From NCBI GenBank assembly GCA_964417745.1, contig CAYQJJ010000002.1, forward strand, positions 1-38,199: a DNA stretch of 38,199 nt, given 5' to 3'. The notes under the pieces are model-generated. The model was not told the origin of the DNA. It ran no database searches and was given only the letters and a program-made list of their open reading frames with translations. The first letter of the stretch is position 1; the number at the start of each line of letters is the position of its first letter. Both the position numbers and the translations under genes were made by a program. The DNA comes from an uncultured Wenzhouxiangella sp. Lineage in GTDB: Bacteria; Pseudomonadota; Gammaproteobacteria; Xanthomonadales; Wenzhouxiangellaceae. This document shows positions 9,201-18,827 of the stretch, piece after piece.

Positions 9201-9355
9201 TCGGCATCGTCGTACTGTTCGGCGTGACCTTCTCGACCTTTTTGACGCTGTTCGTCATCCCCGTGCTCTACAGCCTTCTGGCACGTGCCACCACCTCTCC
9301 CCAGTCGGTTCGCCGCCAGCTCGAGAGCGAGCTCAGCGAGACCACACAGGCCTGA
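6245..9355 (+). CDS. RND efflux permease (AcrB/MexW-like, HAE1)
   Basis: 1036 aa; LPLREYPDIDPP, GLVVDDGIIVLEN (TM4 Asp pair), GLAAKNGILIVEF, RLRPIVMT. Confidence 0.95.
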   Translation: MILSDLAVTRPVLASVAALLLVVFGIVSYQLLPLREYPDIDPPVVSIETRYDGAAARVIDTQITERIEESIAGIEGIEFIESSSRDGQSEITVRFSLDRDVNAAANDVRDRVSRIRNDLPDEADPPEIQRVDANADVIVWWNLAGENHTTPELTDYAERFLVDRLSVIDGVARVRIGGAQSYAMRVWLDREALAARDLTPIDIENALRAENVELPAGQIESHTRQFSVRVAREFHTAEDFARLVIQRGDDDHLVRLAEVARVERGTVEDRTFFRGNGEPMVGLGIVRQSRANTLEVARAVRAEVDRLNQGLPEGMEILPSFDSSVFIEGAVHEVYRTLFIAIGLVVLTIFLFLGSVRAILVPAVAVPVALISTFIALALFGFTVNLLTLLALVLAIGLVVDDGIIVLENVRRRMDELGESALVAAYRGTRQVGFAIVSTTLVLISVFVPISFLQGDIGRLFSEFALTMAAAVGFSSFVALTVSAMLASKLLKPKQDNNRLVRVMDTGIERGRNLYRSALRSVICWRWPALGLIAVLFAGAGWLLTSLPDEYAPREDRGAFFVLVNGPEGASYDYMEDYMNELEARLMPLVESGEISRLLVRAPRDFNNPSVFNTGIAIVVLDDWSHRRPASEIMADVRERIADLAGINAFTIMRQGFGGGIGNPVQFVIGGGDYQELAQWRDILLERIEADNPGLTDLDWDYKETQPQFEVQVDYDRAADLGVTVSSIGRTLETMLGSRRVTTYLDDGQEYDVIVEGERDDQRSPAALENLYVRSERSGALVPLSNLVTLEEFADSTELNRYNRVRAITIEAGLAENLTLGEALQWLEAEAREHLPEEAIIDYKGQSRDFMEAGTSVIFIFLLGLVVVFLVLAAQFESWIHPLVIMFGVPLAVGGGLLGLWLTGSTLNVYSQIGLVMLIGLAAKNGILIVEFVNQLRDEGRDFDEAIIEGATIRLRPIVMTGITTAAGTLPLIFSSGAGAETRQVIGIVVLFGVTFSTFLTLFVIPVLYSLLARATTSPQSVRRQLESELSETTQA

Positions 9356-9385
9356 GCATCAGCATCGGCCCGCGCCCGGGCCGGG

Positions 9386-9413
9386 TTGCAGTATCTGTCG
9401 AGCGTGGTAGGCT
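9386..9413 (+). promoter_or_regulatory. Putative sigma70 promoter of the kinase-ECF operon
   Basis: TTGCAG (9386-91), 16 nt, TAGGCT (9408-13) preceded by TG-n. Confidence 0.45.
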
Positions 9414-9482
9414 CGGGAAAACCGGGGAGCCTGGGAGCCATCCGTCCCCGTATCGACCCGAACCGTAGCGAGGGGAGTCGCC

Positions 9483-12263
9483 ATGGTCCGCCTGACCGAC
9501 GCACGCAGCCGAGCGCTGGACAAGCTGCTGGTGCAATATCTCGAGCTCGAGCCTGCCGACCGCAAATCGTTCATGGAACGCTGTGAGCGGCGCTACCCCC
9601 GGCTCAGCTCCTGGCTTGAAAAACTGGCCGCGCAAACCGCCACGGTGAGCGTTTTCCAAAACGGCGTCGACCAGCTCGCCATCGAAGCGGTCGACGCGGT
9701 TCGTCCGGAGCAGACCCGGCTCGAACCCGGCCATCGCATCGGCCCCTGGGAGATCACCGACTGCATCGGCGAAGGCGGCATGGGCCGCGTCTACCAGGCC
9801 CGGCGCGCTGATGGGGCGTTCGACATGAGCGTGGCCATCAAACTGCTGAAGCTGCGCGGCAGCGGGCTGGGCGAGCAACTCCGGCGCGAGACCCGTCTCT
9901 TGGCACGCCTGGAGCACGCCTCGATCACCCGCCTGCTCGATGCCGGGCTCGACGAGGCCGGCGGGCCATTCGTGGTCATGGAATGGGTCGAAGGCCGGGA
10001 CCTGAGCGAATGGCGCGATGCCGGCCCGGATATCAATGCCATTCTTGACGCCACCACCCAGATCGCCGATGCGCTGACCCACGCTCACCAGCGCCTGATC
10101 GTCCACGGCGACATCAAACCGGGCAACGTCCGGATCCGCAACGACGGCCAGCTCAAGCTGCTCGATTTCGGTGTGGCCCGCCTGCTGGCCGAGGGCGATG
10201 AACAGAATGCCTGGCTGGCGGCGATGACACCCGCCTTTGCCGCGCCCGAGCAGCGCCGCGGCGAAGCGCCGACCACGCGCAGTGATGTCTGGAGCCTCGG
10301 CGCGCTAATGGCCTGGATGCTCGGCGCGACCCCGCCGCGAAGCAGTAGTGAGCTTAGCTCATTGACCCGACGCATCGAGGCGAGAACCGGGCGTGCCCGC
10401 GAGCTGGTCGCGATCATAGAGCGCGCCTGCGCCGACGATCCGGAAGCTCGCTACGATACCGTCGCCGGTCTGGTTACCGACCTGCGTCGCTATCGCCGCC
10501 ACCAGCCAATCGATGCCATGCCGCAGTCGCGATCCTATCGCCTCGGGAAATTCGTTCGGCGTAATCGGCTGCTGGCGGGCACCGCCGGCGCGTTTGTCCT
10601 CACGCTCATCGCCGGCCTGGCCGCAACCACCGGGATGTACCTGCAAGCCGAGCGCGAAGCCGCGCGCGCGGTTGCCGCCAACGAGCGGACCGAGTCGGTC
10701 AAGAGCTTTCTGGTCAATACACTCGCCGAGGCCGACCACTACGTCAACCCGGGTGAAATGCCGACCGTTCGTGACGTGCTCGATCGCGGGCGCGAAGAAA
10801 TCGTGCACGAGTTTTCCGACCAGCCCGATATCGCCGCCGAGGTTCTGCAGGTCATTGGCAACAGCTACGTCGGTCTCGGCGAGTTGCCACTGGCCCGCGA
10901 GACCCTCGAACAGGCCATGGCACTGATCGAGGCCGGCACGGTTCCGGCGCTGCCGATGCAGACCGTCGCCGAGATCCGATTTCTCTTGGCCCACTCGGTC
11001 GGTCAGAGCGATCCTGAGCGTGGGCGCGAAATCGCGCGCGGTACGCTGGAGAAAATCGAGTCAGTCCCCGGGCTCGAAAAGGTCCGTGCCGACCTGCTAG
11101 GCCAGCTCGCCCACTCAAATCTGATGTCCGGCAACATCGAGCAAGGACTGGCGCTACGCGAGGAATCTCGAGATATCGCCTGCCAGGCGGCACTCGAACT
11201 GGACGAGACCTGCATGGCTGCTCTGGGCGATCTGAAATATTTCTACTCTCACGCCGGTTACCCGGAGAAATCGCTTCAGTCAGCCCGCGAGGCCTATCGT
11301 ATGGCACGCGACATTCACGCGCAGCGGGATCACCCCCGAATCATCGCCTCGGGCATGGCCTACGGCGAGGCTCTCGCCAACAATGGTCAGCCCGAAGCGG
11401 CCGCCGAATTACTCGAGTCTCTCGTCGAAATGGCTCAAACCGTTTACGGCGACGACCATGTCCAGGCCGGCGCCGTCGGCTATGTGCTCGCCCGGGCCTA
11501 CTGGCGGGCAGGCCTCACCCACAAGGCCTGGGAGGTGCACGACAGGTCGCTCGAAAGAGTCGCTCGACATTTTCCGGAAAGCGTGGGCATCGCGGTTCAG
11601 CGCAACTTTCTGCCGCTCAAGCTTTTCGACCTGCATCGGCTAGACGAGGCCGAGCGCGCGCTCGAACGCCATGACTATATCCCCATCGAAAAAATACCAG
11701 ACCACGCGCTGGCCGGGCGCCAACAGAACCAACTCATTCTGGACGCTCTCCGCAACCCCGGCAGTCATGAGATCCGCGAACGCCTGCGAGAACTCGCGCA
11801 AGAAATGACTGAACGCGACCCCGGCGTCAGCGCACGGCTACGCCTGACCGGTCTGCGGCACGCCATTGACGCTGGTGAACTCTCTGCTGCCCGCGACTGG
11901 CTCAAGTTCACTCAGGAGCTCGACGCGAACCGACTCTCAGAGGCCCGTCTGACCATGTCGCAGGCACGGATTGCGTTGCTCGAGAACGACCCGGCCCGGG
12001 CACTCGAGCACGCCCGGGCCGGCGAGCAGAGTCTGCTGGCCGATGGCGAGACCAGCGGGCCCCGACTGGCCCGAGCCCGATCAATCCAGGCCGAGGCACT
12101 GTGCCAGCAGGATCGTATCGAGAAGGGCCGGGAACAGCTGCAAAAAGCCACACACTACTGGTCGGAAACAGCCCGGGTCGAAGCCGGCGAGCAGGTGGTT
12201 CTCGAGATCGCCGCCAGCTGCCGGGAGGCAGAACCCAGTCCCGATCCGGTCGAAGAGACATGA
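9483..12263 (+). CDS. Membrane-bound Hanks-type Ser/Thr kinase with extracytoplasmic TPR-like repeats
   Basis: IGEGGMGRVY, VAIK, HGDIKPGN, LLDFG, TPAFAAPEQ, SDVWSLG; one TM segment (LLAGTAGAFVLTLIAGLAA); helical repeat C-terminus; AGGGGAG RBS. Confidence 0.93.
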   Translation: MVRLTDARSRALDKLLVQYLELEPADRKSFMERCERRYPRLSSWLEKLAAQTATVSVFQNGVDQLAIEAVDAVRPEQTRLEPGHRIGPWEITDCIGEGGMGRVYQARRADGAFDMSVAIKLLKLRGSGLGEQLRRETRLLARLEHASITRLLDAGLDEAGGPFVVMEWVEGRDLSEWRDAGPDINAILDATTQIADALTHAHQRLIVHGDIKPGNVRIRNDGQLKLLDFGVARLLAEGDEQNAWLAAMTPAFAAPEQRRGEAPTTRSDVWSLGALMAWMLGATPPRSSSELSSLTRRIEARTGRARELVAIIERACADDPEARYDTVAGLVTDLRRYRRHQPIDAMPQSRSYRLGKFVRRNRLLAGTAGAFVLTLIAGLAATTGMYLQAEREAARAVAANERTESVKSFLVNTLAEADHYVNPGEMPTVRDVLDRGREEIVHEFSDQPDIAAEVLQVIGNSYVGLGELPLARETLEQAMALIEAGTVPALPMQTVAEIRFLLAHSVGQSDPERGREIARGTLEKIESVPGLEKVRADLLGQLAHSNLMSGNIEQGLALREESRDIACQAALELDETCMAALGDLKYFYSHAGYPEKSLQSAREAYRMARDIHAQRDHPRIIASGMAYGEALANNGQPEAAAELLESLVEMAQTVYGDDHVQAGAVGYVLARAYWRAGLTHKAWEVHDRSLERVARHFPESVGIAVQRNFLPLKLFDLHRLDEAERALERHDYIPIEKIPDHALAGRQQNQLILDALRNPGSHEIRERLRELAQEMTERDPGVSARLRLTGLRHAIDAGELSAARDWLKFTQELDANRLSEARLTMSQARIALLENDPARALEHARAGEQSLLADGETSGPRLARARSIQAEALCQQDRIEKGREQLQKATHYWSETARVEAGEQVVLEIAASCREAEPSPDPVEET

Positions 12264-12316
12264 GTCGACCGACGTACCAAGAGTCGCCAGCCAGGGAATC
12301 CCCGGGGGAGACCGAC

Positions 12317-12895
12317 ATGGCAAATGACGATCAGGGTGAGGTCACCCGCCTGCTCAGGGACCTCAACGACTCCCCGGAGCTGCTCGAGCAGGTCACAGCG
12401 ATGGTCTACCAGGACATCCACAAGCTGGCGCACCGACAACGCCACCAGCTCGGCTCCAGCCCGACGCTGCGTACCACCGCGCTGGCACACGAGGCCTTTC
12501 TCAAGATTTTCCACAACGGTCACCACCAGGCCAATGACCGGGTACACATGATGCGCTTGCTGGCACGAGCCATGCGCCAGATCATCGTCGATCACGCCCG
12601 ACAGCGCTTGAGCAAGAAACGGGGCCAGGGCGCGCCCCACCTGGAACTCAACGATGAGGTCGTGGCCGAGAAAACCAGACAGCAGGCCGCTGCGGTCATC
12701 GACATGGAGCGAGCCCTGGAACAGCTGGAGCGAATCGACTCGAACCTCGCCGAAATGGTCTCGGCGCATTTCTATGGTGGGCTGACGACCGAGGAAATCG
12801 CTGAAATCCAGGGCAAGTCACGGCGCACCGTCCAGCGCGACTTCAAACGCGCCTTCGCCTGGCTGCGCATGTCGCTGGAGTCGGGCTCCGATTGA
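12317..12895 (+). CDS. ECF sigma factor, kinase-associated type (TIGR02999/ECF43-like)
   Basis: EVTRLL, VYQDIHKLA, TLRTTALAHEAFLK, AMRQIIVDHAR, KRG, GLTTEEIAE, SRRTVQRDFKRAFAWL; GGAG RBS before ATG 12317. Alternative coupled start at 12260 (ATGA with the kinase stop). Confidence 0.9.
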   Translation: MANDDQGEVTRLLRDLNDSPELLEQVTAMVYQDIHKLAHRQRHQLGSSPTLRTTALAHEAFLKIFHNGHHQANDRVHMMRLLARAMRQIIVDHARQRLSKKRGQGAPHLELNDEVVAEKTRQQAAAVIDMERALEQLERIDSNLAEMVSAHFYGGLTTEEIAEIQGKSRRTVQRDFKRAFAWLRMSLESGSD

Positions 12896-12896
12896 G

Positions 12897-14000
12897 TTAC
12901 TCCTGAAGATCCCACTTGCCACCAATCTCACTGTCGCCGGCTCCACCGGCGAGACGGATGCTCAAGCCGAGATCATTGCGCGAATCGGCATGGGCCAGGG
13001 CTTCTTCGGCGCTGATCCGCCCGGCCTTGTAGAGCTCGAACAGCGACTGATCGAAGGTCTGCATGCCGTGCTGGCTGCCCTCTTTCATCGCGTCCTTGAG
13101 CCCGGTTATCTCGGCTTTGAGAATCAGGTCGGCAACATAGGGCGTGCGCAGCAACAACTCGACGGCCGGCACGCGCTTGCCGTCGATGCCCGGCACCAGG
13201 CGCTGGCTAATGATCGCGTGCAGATGCAGCGACAGATCGACAAAAAGCTGGTGGTGCGCGCTCTCCGGGAAGAAGTTGATGATGCGATCGAGTGTCTGGT
13301 TGGCGTTGTTGGCGTGTAGCGTCGACAGGCAGAGGTGCCCAGTCTCGGCATAAGCGATCGCGTGTTGCATGGTTTCGCGATCGCGAATCTCACCGATGAG
13401 AATGACGTCGGGGGCCTCGCGCATGGCATTCTTGAGGGCAGCCGAATAACTCTGGGTATCGAGCCCGACCTCGCGCTGGTCGACGATGCACTGGTCGTGC
13501 TGGTGCAGGAATTCGATCGGGTCTTCGATGGTCAGGATATGCCCGCTGCGCGACTTGTTGCGATGATCGATCATCGAGGCCAGGGTGGTCGATTTACCCG
13601 AACCGGTCGAGCCGACGACCAGCACCAGCCCGCGCGGGGCCATGATCAGATCCTTGAGCCGGGCGGGCAGGTTCAATTGCTCGATGGAAGGGATATCAGC
13701 CTTGATATGGCGCACCACCATGGCTACTGACCCACGCTGGCGGAAGATGTTGATTCGGAACCGCCCGATCCCCTCGAGCGCAAGGGCGAGATTCATCTCC
13801 ATCTCGCGCTCGAACTCAGCACTCTGTTTTTCGTTGAGTACCGAGTAGGCAAGCTGGCGTGCCTCGCCGGAAGTCAGTTTGTGATCGCCAAGGTACCGGG
13901 TCTTGCCCTGGATCTTGATACCAACCGGCGCACCGGCGCTGAAGAAAAGATCCGAGGCCTCGTGCTTGACCATGACCTGAAGGAATTTTTCGAGCTGCAT
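12897..14000 (-). CDS. pilU: PilT/PilU family type IV pilus retraction ATPase (PilU-like)
   Basis: ASDLFFSAGAP, GSTGSGKST, TIEDPIE, VILIGEIRD, ETGHLCLSTLHAN, ISQRL, GMQTFDQSL; lacks the PilT AIRNLIRE motif. Confidence 0.85.
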   Translation of the reverse strand: MQLEKFLQVMVKHEASDLFFSAGAPVGIKIQGKTRYLGDHKLTSGEARQLAYSVLNEKQSAEFEREMEMNLALALEGIGRFRINIFRQRGSVAMVVRHIKADIPSIEQLNLPARLKDLIMAPRGLVLVVGSTGSGKSTTLASMIDHRNKSRSGHILTIEDPIEFLHQHDQCIVDQREVGLDTQSYSAALKNAMREAPDVILIGEIRDRETMQHAIAYAETGHLCLSTLHANNANQTLDRIINFFPESAHHQLFVDLSLHLHAIISQRLVPGIDGKRVPAVELLLRTPYVADLILKAEITGLKDAMKEGSQHGMQTFDQSLFELYKAGRISAEEALAHADSRNDLGLSIRLAGGAGDSEIGGKWDLQE

Positions 14001-14088
14001 GACTACCCCTGCCATCTGTATTCAGCACCCGGCCCGAACCACAACGCAACCACCCGGCCCTGATTGGATGCCAAGTCTATCACTGGCC

Positions 14089-14451
14089 TCACTCCAGGTC
14101 CCGATAGCTGGCGGGGTCGAATCGGGGCGTGCACAGCGCCAGAAAAACCAGGTCTTCGGGGCCGGTGTTGGCAATGCGCTGGCGCACATCGGGTGGAATG
14201 ATGACCACGTCGCCGGGCTGGACCGACTGCGCCGGCGCCTCGCCAACCTCGACCTGTCCGCTGCCCTCGAGAATGACATAGCGTTCCGTGATACCACTCA
14301 GCGCATGCCACCGCGTGGTGATACCCGGCTCGACCCGGGCGCGCGCCACCGATAGTTCGGGGTCGGCGGGAGAGTTCGACCATTCGCTGATATGGCAGCG
14401 CTCCTCGAACCAGTGTTCATCGGCCCGATGACCGGGCACAAGATATTTCAT
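14089..14451 (-). CDS. Cupin domain protein
   Basis: ARARVEPGITTRWH...ERYVILEGSG...PGDVVIIPP...IANTG; AAGGAG RBS. Confidence 0.85.
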   Translation of the reverse strand: MKYLVPGHRADEHWFEERCHISEWSNSPADPELSVARARVEPGITTRWHALSGITERYVILEGSGQVEVGEAPAQSVQPGDVVIIPPDVRQRIANTGPEDLVFLALCTPRFDPASYRDLE

Positions 14452-14476
14452 GGTCACTCCTTGCAAAATAAGTTCG

Positions 14477-15172
14477 TTAGTCAGAGGGATTGATGAAAGA
14501 CAGCCAGCCGAAGCCGAGATTGGACATCTGCTGCGAGATCCAGTCCTCGCGCGCACGCTGCCAGTCGTTGGGATCGTTCGGGTCGAGCGCGCCCGGCGCG
14601 GGCAGAACGGCCGCCAGCGCCACGGCCTCGGACCGGGTCAGATTGGCAGCCACCTTGCCGAAGTGATGCCGGGCGGCCGCCTCGGCCCCGAACACCCCAT
14701 CGTCCCATTCGGCCAGGTTGAGATACAACTCGAGGATACGGTGCTTGGGAAGAAATACCTCGAGCGGTACGGTCATCACGAACTCCAGCCCCTTTCGCAC
14801 CCAACTGCGATCGGGCCAGAGATAAAGGTTGCGGCTGAGTTGTTGCGAAAGGGTGCTCGCGCCGCGCAACCGCCCACCATCGAGACGGCTGGAGACCGCA
14901 TCGCGTATCTGGACCAGGTCAAAGCCGCGGTGATGCGGAAAGTTCTGGTCTTCGGCAGCAATCACGGCGAGCGCGAGATGCGGGCTGATGTCGTCGAGTG
15001 CGACCCATTGATGTTCGGGCACACGCTGGTGACTGACCCGGTCGATCAGCATGAACGCCGAGCCGGGCGGGTCGATCCAGCGCAGGGGCAGCGACAGCGC
15101 AACGCAAAGCAGCAGGGCCACCAGCATTCCGCGGAAGAGCCACTTCAGCAACCAGCGGATGAAGCGCCTCAT
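14477..15172 (-). CDS. mtgA: Monofunctional biosynthetic peptidoglycan transglycosylase
   Basis: AEDQNFPHHRGFD, RGASTLSQQLSRNLYL, RKGLE, RILELYLN, FGAEAAA. Confidence 0.93.
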   Translation of the reverse strand: MRRFIRWLLKWLFRGMLVALLLCVALSLPLRWIDPPGSAFMLIDRVSHQRVPEHQWVALDDISPHLALAVIAAEDQNFPHHRGFDLVQIRDAVSSRLDGGRLRGASTLSQQLSRNLYLWPDRSWVRKGLEFVMTVPLEVFLPKHRILELYLNLAEWDDGVFGAEAAARHHFGKVAANLTRSEAVALAAVLPAPGALDPNDPNDWQRAREDWISQQMSNLGFGWLSFINPSD

Positions 15173-15645
15173 GCCTCGGCTGCGGCGCGCAATTTCACCG
15201 CCAGGCGGCGGAAGGTCTGCTCGTCGAGCTGCTCGCGAAACAGGCCGATTGTCCTGGACCCCCGCGCCCCGTCAACTCGACCGCGCAAACCGATGAACAG
15301 CGGACTCACGAACGGGGTGGCGGTGACTTCAAGCTCGCGAACCTCGCCCTGCCCGTCCGTAAGCGCCAGGCTGTCGCCGGTCACGACCAGACGCTCGATA
15401 TTCGGGTGGAGCAGGCGATAAACGACCCGCACGGAGTAGACGACAATCGCCAGGGCCAGGAGCAGCGATAGCCAGGCCGGCAAACCGGCCCACCAAACCG
15501 CGGCCAGTCCCAATATGCCAAGCATGACGACGCTGACAGCCGCCCAACGAGCCGGGCGGACCGGCGATTCAGCCGCCGCTTGCACCGGGAAAATCGGCGC
15601 GGATTTCTTCGACGATGCCGGCAACGTCCGACTCGGGTTCATCAC
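15169..15645 (-). CDS. YgfX/CptA-like membrane protein (start uncertain)
   Basis: Two N-terminal TM segments, C-terminal FRRLAVKLR; overlaps and follows sdhE, as ygfX does. Confidence 0.7.
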   Translation of the reverse strand: MMNPSRTLPASSKKSAPIFPVQAAAESPVRPARWAAVSVVMLGILGLAAVWWAGLPAWLSLLLALAIVVYSVRVVYRLLHPNIERLVVTGDSLALTDGQGEVRELEVTATPFVSPLFIGLRGRVDGARGSRTIGLFREQLDEQTFRRLAVKLRAAAEA

Positions 15646-15829
15646 GACCCATCAGCCAGTCCCAGATGCGGTCGTCCTCGAACTCGAGCAAGCAGGCAAA
15701 CGCCTGACGCCGCTCGCCGGATGCCTCGGGCCAGCGCCGCTCGAGCCATCGGCCGAGCATCACATCGAGCTCGCGCATACCGCGCCGACAACGCCAGCGC
15801 AGCGCGGAGGCCGAATCGGCATCACTCAC
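15569..15829 (-). CDS. sdhE: Succinate dehydrogenase flavinylation factor SdhE (SDHAF2)
   Basis: LRWRCRRGMRELD (RGxxE motif), LLEFEDDRIWDWLMG. Confidence 0.93.
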   Translation of the reverse strand: MSDADSASALRWRCRRGMRELDVMLGRWLERRWPEASGERRQAFACLLEFEDDRIWDWLMGRDEPESDVAGIVEEIRADFPGASGG

Positions 15830-15850
15830 CAGAGCGCACTCCCCGGCCCG

Positions 15851-16636
15851 TCAGAGGCTGCGCCGTGCGAGCATCATCTTCTTGATCTCGGCGATCGCCT
15901 TGGCCGGGTTCAGGCCCTTCGGGCAGGTCTTGGCGCAGTTCATGATCGTGTGGCAACGATACAGGCGGAACGGATCCTCGAGATCGTCGAGCCGTTCACC
16001 GGTCGCCTCGTCGCGCGAGTCGACCAGCCAGCGGTAGGCCTGGAGCAGAACCGCCGGGCCGAGGTAACGATCGCCGTTCCACCAGTAACTCGGGCAGGCG
16101 GTCGAGCAGCAGGCACACAGGATGCACTCGTAGAGACCATCGATATGCCGGCGGTCCTCGGGTGACTGCAGGCGCTCCTTGTCCGGCGGGGCCGGGCTCT
16201 GGGTACGGATCCACGGCTTGATCGAGGCGTACTGGGCATAGAAATGCGTCAGATCCGGAACCAGGTCCTTGACCACCGGCATGTGCGGCAGCGGGTAGAT
16301 CTTGACGTCACCCTTGATCTCATCGATCGCCTGGGTGCAGGCCAGGGTGTTGGTGCCGTCGATATTGAAAGCGCAGGAGCCGCAGATCCCTTCACGGCAG
16401 GAGCGCCGAAAGGTCAGCGTCGGGTCGATCTCGTTCTTGATCTTGATGACGGCATCGAGAACCATCGGGCCACAGTCATCGAGATCGATATCGTAGGAGT
16501 CCACGCGCGGATTTTCTCCGCTGTCCGGATCCCATCGATAGATGCGGAAGGTCTTGACGTTGCTCGCACCTTCGGGGGCCTTGACGTGCTGGCCCTTGCC
16601 GATACGCGAGTTTTTCGGAAGTCTGAATTCAGCCAT
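15851..16636 (-). CDS. sdhB: Succinate dehydrogenase iron-sulfur subunit
   Basis: [34 protein letters not shown]. Confidence 0.97.
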   Translation of the reverse strand: MAEFRLPKNSRIGKGQHVKAPEGASNVKTFRIYRWDPDSGENPRVDSYDIDLDDCGPMVLDAVIKIKNEIDPTLTFRRSCREGICGSCAFNIDGTNTLACTQAIDEIKGDVKIYPLPHMPVVKDLVPDLTHFYAQYASIKPWIRTQSPAPPDKERLQSPEDRRHIDGLYECILCACCSTACPSYWWNGDRYLGPAVLLQAYRWLVDSRDEATGERLDDLEDPFRLYRCHTIMNCAKTCPKGLNPAKAIAEIKKMMLARRSL

Positions 16637-16653
16637 AGCGTTTCTGTCGGTTC

Positions 16654-18450
16654 CTAGTAGGTGCGGGCCTTGGCAGGGACCACCTCGACGTCGTCGCTCA
16701 AGGTGTACATGTGAACGGGGCGGAAGTCGATCCTGGTCTTGCCGCTGTCATCCATCCAGATCAGCGTGTGTTTCATCCAGTTATCGTCGTCGCGGTCCGG
16801 AAAGTCCTCGCGCGCGTGAGCACCACGGCTTTCCTTGCGGTTTTCCGCCGCCAGCATGGTGGTCACCGAATTGCCCAGCAGGTTGCGCAGTTCCAGCGTC
16901 TCGACCAGGTCGGAGTTCCAGACCATCGAGCGGTCGGTCACCTTGATGTCGTCAAACAGGGCATTGACCTTGTTGATGCGCTCACAGCCCTGGGACAGCG
17001 TCTCCCCGGTCCGGAACACGGCGGCATCCTGCTGCATGACCTGCTGCATCTGGTCGCGGATTTCGGCTGTCGGTGTATTGCCGCTGGCGTGGCGCAGGCG
17101 ATCGAAATCGGCAACCAGTGAATCGACGGTGCCCTCGGGAAGCTTGCTGTGCGACTGGCCGGGCTTGATGTTCGCGCCGCAACGCTTGGCGACGGCCCGG
17201 CCAAAGACGATCAGGTCGAGCAGCGAATTCGAGCCCAGGCGATTGGCGCCGTGGACCGAAACACAAGCCGCCTCACCGATGGCATACAGCCCCGGAACAA
17301 CCGAGTCCGGATCGCCATCCTTGAGGGTGACGACCTCGCCGTGGTAATTGGTCGGGATACCACCCATGTTGTAGTGCACCGTCGGCAGCACCGGAATCGG
17401 CTCCTTGGTGACATCCACATCGGAGAAAATCTTGGCTGTCTCGGCGATACCGGGCAGACGTTCGTGGATGACATCTCCACCGAGGTGCTGAAGGTTGAGA
17501 TGGATGTGATCGCCCTTGTCACCCACGCCCCGGCCCTCGCGAATCTCGATGGTCATCGAGCGTGACACCACATCACGCGAAGCCAGGTCCTTGGCGTTGG
17601 GCGCGTAGCGCTCCATGAAGCGCTCGCCGTCGGAGTTGGTCAGGTAGCCGCCCTCACCGCGCACGCCCTCGGTAATCAGGCAACCGGCGCCATAGACACC
17701 GGTGGGATGAAACTGGACGAACTCCATGTCCTGCAACGGCAGACCGGCGCGCAGCACCATGCCGTTGCCGTCGCCGGTGCAGGTATGCGCCGAAGTACAG
17801 GAGAAATACGACCGGCCATAGCCGCCGGTGGCCAGGATCACGGCATGGGCGCGGAATTCATGCAGCGTGCCGGAAGCCAGGTCCCAGGCCAGTACACCGC
17901 AGCACTTGCCCTCATCATCCATGAGCAGGTCAAGGGCGAAGTATTCGATGAAAAACTGCGCATCGTGCTTGAGCGACTGCTGGTAGAGGGTGTGCAGGAT
18001 CGCGTGGCCGGTGCGATCGGCCGCCGCGCAGGTGCGCTGCGCCGTGCCCTCACCGAAACGGGTAGTCATGCCGCCGAACGGCCGCTGGTAGATCTTGCCG
18101 GACTCGGTGCGCGAAAACGGCACACCGAAATGTTCGAGCTCGATGACCGACGGAATCGCCTCGCGACACATGTACTCGATTGCGTCCTGGTCACCGAGCC
18201 AGTCGGAGCCCTTGATGGTGTCGTACATGTGCCAGCGCCAGTCATCTTCTCCCATGTTGCCGAGCGCGGCGCTCATGCCGCCCTGGGCGGCAACGGTGTG
18301 CGACCGGGTCGGGAAGACCTTGGTGATGCAGGCGGTATTCAGCCCGGTGGCTGCCAGGCCCATGGTGGCTCGCAGCCCGGCGCCGCCGGCACCGATGACC
18401 AGCACGTCGTACTCGTGTTTGGTGATGTCGTAAGCCTTGCTCAACTTCAT
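16654..18450 (-). CDS. sdhA: Succinate dehydrogenase flavoprotein subunit
   Basis: [16 protein letters not shown] (FAD His), [22 protein letters not shown]; start at ATG 18450 overlapping the sdhD stop. Confidence 0.97.
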   Translation of the reverse strand: MKLSKAYDITKHEYDVLVIGAGGAGLRATMGLAATGLNTACITKVFPTRSHTVAAQGGMSAALGNMGEDDWRWHMYDTIKGSDWLGDQDAIEYMCREAIPSVIELEHFGVPFSRTESGKIYQRPFGGMTTRFGEGTAQRTCAAADRTGHAILHTLYQQSLKHDAQFFIEYFALDLLMDDEGKCCGVLAWDLASGTLHEFRAHAVILATGGYGRSYFSCTSAHTCTGDGNGMVLRAGLPLQDMEFVQFHPTGVYGAGCLITEGVRGEGGYLTNSDGERFMERYAPNAKDLASRDVVSRSMTIEIREGRGVGDKGDHIHLNLQHLGGDVIHERLPGIAETAKIFSDVDVTKEPIPVLPTVHYNMGGIPTNYHGEVVTLKDGDPDSVVPGLYAIGEAACVSVHGANRLGSNSLLDLIVFGRAVAKRCGANIKPGQSHSKLPEGTVDSLVADFDRLRHASGNTPTAEIRDQMQQVMQQDAAVFRTGETLSQGCERINKVNALFDDIKVTDRSMVWNSDLVETLELRNLLGNSVTTMLAAENRKESRGAHAREDFPDRDDDNWMKHTLIWMDDSGKTRIDFRPVHMYTLSDDVEVVPAKARTY

Positions 18451-18827
18451 ACTCCCAGGGCGATCTTGAGGACGGCAAGCACTGCCAGCAGGCCGCCGAC
18501 GATGGAAAGAATCTTGACCGCGACCTGCATCAATACCCCGAGGGCGCGTTGGCGAATGTAATCCTCGATGATGACCTGCAGGCCGAGCTGGCCGTGGTAG
18601 ATCCCCACGACCATGAACAGGATCGCCATGGCGGCATGAAACGGATGCGACAACCAGGCCACGGCCTCGGCGTGCCCGCTCCCGACCAGTGAGAACAGGG
18701 CCACGATCAGCCAGACGGTCAGAAACACCATCATGATGGCGCTCAGTCTCTGGGCCCACCAGTGGCCGACACCGTCGCCGGCCGAACCGTGATTGTGGGC
18801 GTTGGCAAGCGGATTTCTCAAATTCAT
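18447..18827 (-). CDS. sdhD: Succinate dehydrogenase hydrophobic membrane anchor
   Basis: [30 protein letters not shown]; ATGA overlap with sdhC. Confidence 0.95.
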   Translation of the reverse strand: MNLRNPLANAHNHGSAGDGVGHWWAQRLSAIMMVFLTVWLIVALFSLVGSGHAEAVAWLSHPFHAAMAILFMVVGIYHGQLGLQVIIEDYIRQRALGVLMQVAVKILSIVGGLLAVLAVLKIALGV

